Source of the DNA: Veleropilina oligotropha
Taxonomy: Eukaryota
Assembly (NCBI GenBank): GCA_048128005.1
Contig: JBEUKZ010000127.1
Span: 248,001 to 312,000, forward strand
Direction of reading: 5' to 3'
Length of the DNA: 64,000 bases
The translations under genes were made by a program, and so were the position numbers. How positions within the stretch are numbered: the first letter of the stretch is position 1; each line of letters opens with the position of its first letter. Under the pieces are notes generated by a model. It ran no database searches, was not told the origin of the DNA, and worked only from the letters and a program-made list of their open reading frames with translations. Shown here piece by piece: positions 24,601 to 36,600 of this stretch.

Positions 24601-27600
24601 CCCAGACGCTTTGACCTAGGACCTTCAAACTTTGGGGGGTTAATCGGGGTCCCCCAAGGAAGGTTTACCACGAAAAAAATTCGGAAAATTCGGGAAAAAA
24701 AAAAAATATTTAAGGGAGCACTATCCAAAAAAAAAAAAAAAAAAAAATGGGGTGGGGGGACTTACCCGGCGAAGACGGGTACCATTGCTAGTATCTTAAA
24801 TGAAATTGGTCTCAGACGATTGTGGTCAACACAAGATCGAGATTATTTCTTTGTTCCATTATATATAATATACATGTACCAAAAAATAACTTATATATAC
24901 ATCCAAAATTGGCATTTTTCATAATAGAGGAAAGCAATTAATTTTGAAATACAGATTGTATAAAACTGAGTTTAAATATGAGGATTATCTGAACATACGT
25001 GACGATAAATAGAGACATTATTTAATGCCTTTCTGGTGCAGCGCACACCGGCAGGAAATAGACATTGGTAGATTTAGAAATATACCCAGACAACAAATAA
25101 TATGTAAATTGCGTACAATTATGCAGATTTTCGAAGACAAATATACAAAATTTCAAGTAATTTTAATTTTTATGAGTGGGTACATTTAACCATTACTTTT
25201 GCAAAGCTACCGCTATTGCTTACTCTCCAGATGAGGAAAACCAATATAAATTTCGTTTTTCTAACTCTAAAAAACATCGGCAACTCCCCGATCCCTCCGA
25301 CAGCCCTTCGGTAGTCTCCGGTAATCTCCGTGATACGAGAGATAGCCCAACCGGAAATAACGCGCTCAACCCAAAGCGAGGCATATAAGAAACCAGGACT
25401 ACCGTGCCAAGACAGGGCAACGAGTGGAGGAAGATGCAGAGAGCGTCGGGTGGGAGTTTCCGTTATGGGTTAAAGGTACCGACTCATAAAAATTAAAATT
25501 ACTTGAAATTTTGTATTTATTATGTCGTGGAACCTTTAACCCTTACTTTTGAAAAGTAAAAGAATACATCTTTGGATGGAAGAATAGCCCTGTAACAGGT
25601 AGTCACCCAAATTAAGTACCTATACTTACTCTGCCAATATCATGTTTAAATGATGTCCAATCACTCTTAAAACACTTAGCTGATATACGTTAAAACGGGC
25701 TAACAGGAATGCAAGAATGTTAGTGAACGCAAAGAGCAGGAAAACTAACAGCCACAACATAAACCATACATGAGCAAATACAATGTAATGATCCGTTATG
25801 GTAAAATATAAGCGTAGACTATATAATAGCAGAGTCATGGCTCATATATAAGAAACAGCAGAGCTCCGAAAAACACTGTATAATGCAATGAACACCAAAA
25901 GGTGAAAAAATACAGTGTAGGAGAAAATAATTTAACGTGCCAATAGTAAAATTATATGTATGTACAATACAAAAAATAAATGAAATTTATTTTAAGAGCA
26001 AGGAATAAATAGAAAAACCTTAGCTCTATAGTAAAAATAAATAATTGTATATATACATAACGATTATTTTCATCTAGATTCACTAAAGGATAATCAAACG
26101 TTTGTTTTCCAATAGTTTAAAAAGAATCAGAAACAAAAATATCAGGTTTACCTGTAGCAGCAAACAAGTCATCTTGACTGTGTTAATAGCGGCAAACACA
26201 ACCGTAAATCAACGGTTACCAATTACCTCTTGGGCAGCCACGCACTGAACTGAAAAAATTCCATTTGCATTCTTTGAAAGGTCTCGCATATAGAATTTTA
26301 CAAACACCTTTGGAGCATGCCAGTAAGCCGCATTCAAAGACGCTTCATGCTGTTGGAATGATGAAAGGCGAACATGATGGAAAATGCTCTGACTTCATGT
26401 GCACGGACTCGGACAATGGTACAGTCCTCTTCACTAGACATTTTGTACACATCCTTGACGGTCTGCGCAATCCAGCGGGAAACAGACTGTGCTGTAAGGT
26501 CGTGGGGAAGTTGAGTAAGGAGGACACCAAAGGCTGAACCTTACCATAGCGCAAGTCACGTGACCGTTTAACATAAATGTTCAAGACACGTACAGGGCAA
26601 TTGAGATGATCAATGTCATGGCGACCGACAAAAGTTAATGGGTAAAATAACGATGTCGGGTGCAGTTTCAACCGGCCTCTGATTCTTAGCTAGAAAACCT
26701 AAACAGGGCCGCAAAACTACCGATCCATCTGCTTGGGATAAAATATCTTCGGGATACGAAGATACGGCCCGACGCGAGGGCGAGGATAAAAGCCATTTAA
26801 TGCGTAAAATGTGGAGGTTAAGCACTAGCTAACGGCTCGTTTGGTCCATGTAAAAGTGCGTTCAGGACCAAGACTAAGTTCCAGGCAGATGTACATGTAT
26901 TAATGGACAGAATCGGTTTCACTAAGTCGAACGAAGTAAGAGATCGGCTTCGCGTAGCGTTGGATCATGGATAAGTTACTTCGATGGCGGCATTGGCGCA
27001 GGGTAGTAGCAACCGTAGAGCGGTATCCTTTGATCGCGGTGACCGATAAACCAGATTCAAAAAGGTTTTTGCAGGTAATCTGCAAATTTTGTTACAGAGG
27101 GACGGATGGATCCATGTTCCTCTGCTCACACCAATCCGCATATTGAGCCCATGGGGTTTGCGGAAGATCGTCTCGACCGACCGACTCTTTAGGCAATACC
27201 TTTAGAGAATCCTCTCTTCTTGAGTGCTTGCTCGATACTAGCCAGGTGTGTAAGTTTAATGTCTATATCGCCTCGCACTGTTCGAGAGCTTGGCTGCTGC
27301 AGTAGGTCTCTTCGCTGTGGCAGTCGCACTGGAAGATCAATGGCTAAGTCGAGGAGTGTCGGAAACCATGTGTGCGAGGTCATAATGGAACAATCAGAAT
27401 TATCTCGCATCGTTCGCGTGTTATCTTTCCGAGTACCTTTCCGATTAGGGGAAATGGGGAAAAAGTGAACGCCATCAAGTTCTCCCAGGACAGAGCTTCC
27501 ACTCCGTATGCTCCTGGGTCCGGATACGGGGATCGATAATGAGAAAGTCGATAATTGAACTCGGTTACAAAGAGATCGACTTGCGGTGTCGACCAGCGGC

Positions 27601-30600
27601 GACAAAAGTTTTTGAACTACTTTGTGGTGAAGTGTCCACTCATTGTGTAGAACTTGAGATTTCCGACTGAGCGTGTCCGCTCATACATTCAGCTTCTCCG
27701 GGATGTGTCTGGCACGAAGGGTCGAGCCTAGGAACAACACTAGGCATAGGAGATCCAAAACTCGGTCACAGAGTCGGTCCGAGTGAGTTCCGCCCTGGTG
27801 CTGAATGTAGGCCACGACAGTTGTGTTGTCTGATTCTAGCAAAATGTGTTTGTTTCGGAGATAAGGCATGAACAACTCGACAGTTAGGAACACAGCTTCC
27901 AACTCGAGCAAGTTGATGTGCTGTTCCTTCAGGTCGTCCGGCCATAGGCCGCTGCCTCGTAACTGTCGAGGTTTGCTCCCCAGCCCTCCATCGAAGCATC
28001 TGTGAAAATATATGCTTTGGGGTCTGGCAGGGAGATGGGTACCCTTGCTGACAATAGGTCGGTGTCCAACCACACGTGGGCTGCACTCCCGATCCAAGGT
28101 TGGAGATTGATGCGATCCTCCCACTGTCCCGACTTGAGACCAACGGGAGCGAAGTTCTCATTGAAGCTGTCGTTTTGGCATATGCCCTGTCGGTATAAGG
28201 TCGGATACAGACTTCATATGACCCAGAACAGCGGTCAGCTGCCGTGCAGTTGCTTTATGTTGGTGTATTAAACCGGCAAAAATAGCACAAAGGTTCCCTA
28301 TGCGTTTCTGTGTTGGCGTCTCGGTAAAATTCACCGTGTCGAAAACCACACCCAGTAACGCAAACGTCGAGGGCACGAGGTCGTTGATTTGAAAACCAAG
28401 GTGCCTCGCCCATAACAGGGTAAAATGAACTAACTGAGCGCATCGCTCCTGGTTCGAACCCAGAATCAACCAGTCGTCCGTATACACGTGTACCCTGTGC
28501 CCATGCGTGTGTAGGAAGGCTCCGAAAGCCTGTACTACACGCGTGAAGATGTATGGGGCTGATGAAAGATCGAACGGAAGACAACGGTTTGATAATTCAT
28601 GTCCGTGTACAAAACGAAGGTACTTGTACATGGAATCGTGCATAGCGATGTGCAAGTACGCTGCCCAATCGCCCGGTCGTATGGCCGTACGTATTTTCAA
28701 AAGAGTCCTGTTTGAATGGTTTGTAACGTACAAATTCGTTGAGAGCCGATCAAGTAGTATCGGACGCCAACGGCCATCTGATTTCGGGACCAGGAATAGG
28801 TGGCTGTAAAAACCTGGTGTGTTGGAAGGCACGAGAATAGTCGCTCGTTTCATGAGCATATCCCGAACTGCCTGGTCTAATACCATGCCTGCTTCTCGTA
28901 TGATGGAGAGAGGCGGTATGGTGGTGGTGACTCGTTCAGAGGTGGTAACCGTTGACCAATATGGTATCCGACATTCCCAACAGATAGAACCCAGCTGTGC
29001 TTTGTTATTTTAGACCACTGGTCAATAACAAACAAGGCTGGTCAATAACAAACAAGCTCCCACCGGCGGGAGTGAGTGCTTGGGTTCGTTGTGGATGCCG
29101 GCACCCCTAGGGTCGAGTCTGCTTCCCGCATCGGGAAAGCTTTGGAGGAGGCGGTTGTTTGAAGCTTGACGTATGGTCCGTCGGCATTTTAACAGCCTGC
29201 CGTTTAGCACATTTCGATTTTTTCGAGATGAAAGATTGACTGCGCTTTTTCGAGAAAGAGTTCCCTGACCTGAACGCATGGTCGGGGCTAAGACAGCTTT
29301 CTCAAATCCTTCAGAACCTCCGTCCTCTTATCTACAATTTCTGTAAATTAATCTCCGAAAAGAGTCGACGAATTAAGTTGGCGCCTTCATGTACGACGAA
29401 GTCTCGTCCAGGGCCGTACCTTCCAAGTAACTGTCCCTACGGAGTAGGATGTAGTTACGAGAGACCGAGCATTCTCCAAAGCTACACTTCCATTGGCGAT
29501 AGCGACCTCCTTGAGGAATGAAAGAGCGACCTGTCGGTTCGTCTCGGTCATTTATCCTTTCAGTGCCACGATAGCACCCTCCAGGAAAGCATCCTGGGTG
29601 GGCGTGACACGCAAAGCTCGTGGGACAGAGCTTTCCAACGTTTCAGGAACGCACGTTGGATCAGGAGGGAGTCCGGTTGTGTGAAAGTTTACGCATCTCT
29701 GCTTTCACTGCAGCTGCATCAACCGCTACACATGGTGCCAAGCAGGAGAACGGCAGGTCTCGCTTGGGCACTCGTGGGAACTTTCGTTGCTGCATACCAC
29801 TATGGTAGTCTGGCAAAGGAAGAGACTCAACCACTTTCTTACCTGTACAATGGCTTGTGAGTAACCGATACATGAGGTGTCTCAAGCCCGAGTACACAGG
29901 AAAGAGAGGCGACATGTCTACGCCTCTCCAGCTTGGCGGAAGATTGCTCCTGCGACGTAACCGACATACTGCCGTCATCGGATCCAACTGACTCAGGAGA
30001 GTCGGATTGTTCTTGGATGTCAGATTCCGAGGAATCAACATCCATTCAAACTATCGCAGGAGCACTGCTCTGCGCCACTGAGTTACCAGCAAAGACATAG
30101 GAGTCTGTTGCTATGTTCCCCAGAGGGCCTGTCCAGCCAACAGCAACGACTGCATAAGGGTTTCAAAAGAAAATCCCGGGGGCAGTGTTGTCGGTGTACC
30201 CAAATCTCGGGGTACAGGATGGGTAACAGTGGCGTACAGGATGGGTAACAGTGGCGGTTGGTTGCCTGATTGAATGTGGAGGTTGGGTAAGAGACCAGGG
30301 CTCTACCGACCTCGACACGGGAAACTTTGGTCCACTCATAATGTACGTCAGCGACGTGTTATGGGTCCCAAAATCGAACTCAGATCGGCTTGACCGCAAC
30401 CAATCAATGTTCTGTTCCCCTTCCCCTTTGAATCCCGATTGAAAATCAATCACAGATTCATGGGGGACAATCAGACGATCGGGTCCTGACTGAGTTATAG
30501 AAGCTACTACAGGGACACTGATCCTTTCCCGACGCTCGGTGCAGAAATGCCTGTTAAAAAGTTCGCCGAGGAGCAATGCACATGAACGATTTGGTCGGCA

Positions 30601-33600
30601 TCGAGCACGGAAACCGGCGGCACACAACTGTCTCTTGTCATATTGACGAATCGACTGATGGCGCCGCCGTTCGCAAGCACATCCGCCGCAGGGGTATAAC
30701 TGGTATCAGCAGCCAGCCCTACGGTTTCAGTGCTTACCGGACAATTTAACAAAGTACCTTCCGAGGCCGGAAGGAGCCCATTGTCAATTGCCCGTGGCCT
30801 TTCGCTTCGCTGGTCGGTCACTTTGCCAGTCTGCAAAGTTTCCGAAGAAGCTACTAGACCCCTTACCTGAGTCTTGACGACTGATGCTGAAGCACTCCCA
30901 CAGGTCGTCATACAAGCAGTTGTTGTTCTAGGTGTATCTGCAACCACACTTCATTTCCTCTTGGGTTGATCCAACGGCTCGGAGGAAGCTTAAGGCAGGT
31001 CCCTGGTTCCCGCACGAGCAGTCTCGTTGGATGAAGACATCCTCCATTGGTCTTCAGCCAACTCCTAATGACACCGCAAGGCTAAATCTCCCTGCAACAA
31101 GAGCGATTGGAGAAAACACAGTACATGTTTATCAAAACTTGGTAATTTTTTAGGACATCTACGCTCGCCACAACAAAAAAAGTGCTGTGCGAGAGTACTT
31201 GTTGTGTGGGTAAGGGAGATAGGAGTGGTAGACTAAAAGTCTGTACTTGAAGCGACTAGATAGTGACAATTAGTTTAATCTGACCCTACAAAATTTAGAT
31301 GGTGTCTAAATGTTGAAGTACTACCTGTGATATGGACAATAAAATAGGTAAATGACTGTTCCAAACACGAGGGAGAAGAACTATTAGTCTAACGAAAAGG
31401 ACTAATAGATCGCAAACAGTATGCAGTTAATCAATTTATTTGTGATGTAAGTGCTAGGTTACTGGATCACAGGGTATAAGATCGATTTAAGAGGTGACCC
31501 CTGAAGCCCCATCATGAAAACCAACTACGTGTTTACATTACAACACTTATGCTGCACTAAACTGAGTGAACCACATAAAAACACAGGCCCATAATAAAAT
31601 AAAAAAAATTTGAAAATATTTTTGCCTGTGGAGGATATGAAATACGATGTTAAGTCACAATGTAATAGCCAATTAGGTAGAAAAGTTTAGCCAACCTTCT
31701 GCCGACCGCTATTACTATCAAACCCGACTTCAGTTGTTAACTTTGTTGCCGTTGAGTGTGACCGTCAGTCACCGTGACTTTCAAATGCCCGGTTCGTCGA
31801 TATCTGCATGATCGGATTGTAAATGCGTCCACTTCAGCTCTACAGTTCCTTCACAGGATCCCTGATGTCGTATTTCTTGTAAATGCTCGGATGGTATTCC
31901 AAATAATATGTTTAAATACTATTATTAATCTCAGAGAGGTACAATTCGATGTGTTAACCACAGCGGAAAATAAAATATGGCTCGCTTTGGGTTGAGCGCG
32001 TTATTTCCGGTTGGGCTATCTCTCGTATCACGGAGATTACCGGAGACTACCGAAGGGCTGTCGGAGGGATCGGGGAGTTGCCAATGTTTTTTAGAGTTAG
32101 AAAAACGAATTTTATATTGGTTTTCCTCATTCGGAGAGTAAGCAATAGCGGTAGCTTTGCAAAAGTAAGGGTTAAAGGTATCACGACATAATAAACCATT
32201 TTCTGCTATGTCCTGTTTATCAACAAATTACAATTGAGAAGAAAATCCTTCCAATGTATTTTTGCCACTGGACATCAATAAATAAATTCAAACAATTGAT
32301 GAGCAGCAAAAGCCACAAAGATTAATAACGTTTGCAGATTTATCTATGAAACAACAAGACTGTGATCTAGTTGACTTAATTATGTCTCCCCTACCCTGTG
32401 GGGAGACATATTGTTTTTGTACCGTCCGTCCGTCTGTCATGCTTTGGTTTCCGGACGATAACTACCGTTCCCTTTCAGCGATTTTGTTCATATTTTGTAC
32501 ACAGGTTGCTTATGAGGAGAGGTTGCCTGGGATTGCTTTTCAGGTCGTTGCGCCAAAGGTCATGTGATCTGTTACTAAAAATAGAATTTTGGCTCCGATT
32601 TGGTTTCCGGACGATAACTACCGTTCCCTTTAAGCGATTTTGTTCATATTTGGTACACAGGTTGCTTGTATTATGAGGAGAGGTCGCTTGGGATTGCTTT
32701 TCAGGTCTGTGCGCCAAAGGTCACATGACCTGTGGCTAAAAATAAAATTGTCTAAATTTTCGATTGCGATTTTCTTTCCGGACGATAACTACTGTTCATA
32801 CTTAGCAAACATGTTCTGAATAACTGGCGTGCGTTCGAATCTCGGTTGGGGCATAGACATCATTTGTTCAGTTACTAATCTCAGTTGTTCGTAATTGTCC
32901 CATTTTAGCAAACATCATGGTCATACCAGGAGGTACCAATATTATCACAGAAGACTGTTAACTGGTTTCAAGGATTCAAACACAATGCTGCACGACAGCA
33001 GTCAAGGGATTAAATTGAGGGCCCACTCTCTTGTCCACTGGACTACTGGTGCGGCAACCTAAATGTAAAAGTATGCAACTGATGAAATGTTGAATATTAC
33101 ATTTCATAGTGGGGGGAGGATTTCCTAGGAAGTACTCCCCCCCCCCCAGGGCGGGGGGGAGAATTTCCTAGTGGGGGGGGAGTATTTCCTAGGAATTTCT
33201 CCCCCCCCCCTGGGGGGAGAATTTTCAGGGGGGGGGGATTTCCTTTTACACCGGTACCAAATTTTCTTGTTTCAGCCATGACCGGAGCAGTGACTTGGTC
33301 GTCGCTGGAAAGGTTATTGCTGGCCAATTGAAAGAGCTGATCAATGACAAGGAATTGAAATTGGGTTCCGTGCTTCACTCTCAAAAGGTAACCATATCTC
33401 TCCATGTCGACGAGGCTTATTCTATGGGACAATTCCTGTTTAATGACAAATTATGACGAATACAATGAGCTTCTTGGATTTCTGATTTAGAATTATTATG
33501 AAACAAAGAACTATAACGTATGATTTACATTACAAATAGACTCTACCTGCCGGACAATTCTAACCTCAAGCAAACTATTGTCAGGCTCCCACCCATTGTA

Positions 33601-36600
33601 AGCAGAGTGACACAAGCAATCCTAACCTCAAGGGGAGAGAGCATCGTCAGACTGTCTCGATTATAATGGAAGTACTATAATCTGTCATGCTGCCAAGGCA
33701 ATCACAGTCCTTGATGCTACCATGCACAGTTATTATCATATTAAGCTATTAACAACACATAGGTAAAAGAAAAGGTAACGTACACATTGGCCTTCCATAT
33801 TTAATGGTTAAAATAAATTCATGTACGAAACTTAATTAATTTTGCATTAATTAGGCAAAAAGTTTGATTGCTTTCTCATTCTTCATGTGTTTTTGTTTTG
33901 CTCAATAATGCAGCAGTCTGTGCCTTCTGTTGATAATCCTGACTACAATAATGCAGCAGTCTGTGCCTTCTGTTGATAATCCCGACTATAATAATGCAGC
34001 AGTCTGTGCCTTCTGTTGATAATCCTGACTACAATAATGCAGCAGTCTGTGCCTTCTGTTGATAATCCTGACTACAATAATGCAGCAGTCTGTGCCTTCT
34101 GTTGATAATCCTGACTACAATAATGCAGCAGTCTGTGCCTTCTGTTGATAATCCTGACTACAATAATGCAGCAGTCTGTGCCTTCTGTTGATAATCCCGA
34201 CTACAATAATGCAGCAGTCTGTGCCTTCTGTTGATAATCCCGACTACTATATGCCTGAAAAATTGCAAAAAGTGGTTTTAAAACAATGTTGTCAACCAAC
34301 AAATCTGTTGATTTTCTGTCACTTTCGTTTCCAGACATTGGACACCCTGAAGAGCATCAACAGTTACTGTCTGGCTCTACGCTTACTGCTGGTAGAGGAT
34401 TCAGCTCGAAGATGCAAGAAAATACATGTAGGCCACCTTAATATGTTGAGTGCATCAATATTTTTAAAGTGCGCCCATACATATCCATAATTATTGTTTC
34501 CGACAACAAAATACATTAATGCTGTGTTGAATTGAATGTTGGCACTTGATTATTAGCAAACTTCATGACAGCTAGCTAGCAATGTCAAAAAGCTCACATT
34601 TGTTTTAATAGAGTATAGATCTATAATACACAGATTTTGAAACATCTTTCATATTCTTTATTTTAATTCAATTTCACCATTTCAGGAGTTGATTGCCTCA
34701 CTGGTTGATACGTTCCCGGAATGCGTCCCTCGACCGGCGACCAGAGAGCATGTGGCACTGTCAAAGAAGAAGGTAAGGTATCTGCAATTCTTGTATATGA
34801 TCCGTATTGGCTTGTGTACATATCTAGAAAGAGTTTAATTACTTTTATTAATCTATCTACGGTTCATCAATGTATCTGCAAAGCATTTTAACTTTAACTG
34901 TAAAAAGTTCATATCAGTTAAAAAGGATATCATATCAGGTTGTTTTGTTAATGAATCAACTATTAAATAATACATGACAGCCTCGATACAACGCGCCTCG
35001 GTATAGCGCGGAATCAGTTATAATGCTGGGCTAACCATGGCTCCCGCTTGGAATCGGTTATAACGCAGGGCTAATCATGGCTCCCAAAATATTTGTATTC
35101 TTTAAAAATCATCCTAAGTTGACCTTGAGGCTATACTAGTATAGTGTACATTTTCAGAATTAATTTTGGGCTCGACAATAGAAATGGTAATATCTAACAT
35201 CAATGCGAATGTATATTAAATGAAATTTTAAAGAAGCAATAAATGTAAATCGCAATCCAATTAACTAATTCAAGTGCGGCCCGAAGTCATTCCTTCACAG
35301 TACTTGAACAGACCCAGTGGATGCATTGTTGAAAGTTGTTTCTTTTATTTCATTAACAACTTAGACACTTCAGTAATTTCCTCACCCATTGACATACCAA
35401 CCGGATATTTTGACTGGCTATTCCACCGAAAAACGGATATTTTCTTACCGTATAATTCGACTGGATATTTTGACCGGCTATTCCACTCCAAATCGGCTAT
35501 TCCCACGTCGGATATTGTGACCGGTCATTTCAACACCAACGGCAATCTCACACCGTCAGGCATGTGAACCTTTTGAAACCAAAATGAGTGAATTCTCAGA
35601 TCAAAATTAGTGAATTGGACCCAGAATTAGGGAGCATTTTCGCGACATAATTTTCTATGTTTCTTCATACATAAAGAAAAATCAAAATTGTATTGGTTGC
35701 AAATATTTAAAAAACAAGTAAATAAAAACAGTTCCAGTATAAAAATGTATAGTATTGTCATGTATAGCACTTTATAGTAAAATTGTTCATAATGCTCATG
35801 TCTTTTTAGTTACATTGTCAGTGTCTTTTGTAATTTATACGTACATAGCTTTGCATTTTCCAACAACTTCAATGATGGCTGAAATTCATGACAGGGAATT
35901 TTCTGATATAATTTAGTACACATCAATGCTGTTGTTGTAGAATGGTTTAATTGTCCTCGTTGATCAGTTTGTATCTTCCTCAAGATGCTGAATGATCTCT
36001 CAGTCTCAGCATTACTGTGGGGCAAAGTCAAACATCTGAGTGCTGTTTGGCATAAAAGTTGAAACCTTCCACCATCACCACTTGCTACTTTCATTTCCCC
36101 AAATGTGTCGTATATCTAGTACTTACCCAATATAATTATACCCGCGCACAAAAGACAAACCGATAACGTAATTATCTCGAATCCCATTATCTCTAGTATT
36201 GACTTCCACTCGCGCTTTGAAGTTACGGAAATAGCCGATGTCTTGTCGTTATTAATGAGATATCGCATACTTAATTAAATATCATTAAATTATACACGGA
36301 AAAGAAATACTAGTAGCTTATCATAAAGAAACTACAATGTTATCGCTGTTGCTGGTCTGTCATTGTAACAAATCCCTAATTAATTACCATTAGCCACTCC
36401 CGGAAAATAAATGTACAATGGCTGCTTGCAGTGTCGACACTTGTAATTCGCGACACACCAGCGGGAGATAAGCGATAAACCAGATGAGGAAACTTGAGTT
36501 GTTAACACATGTAGCTGTGCTCGTTAGGCGAGCAATCAGAGTGTGTCAATTAAGTAAAATTATTTGGTGACAAATGCACTGTTGTCATGGTAAAAAATAT

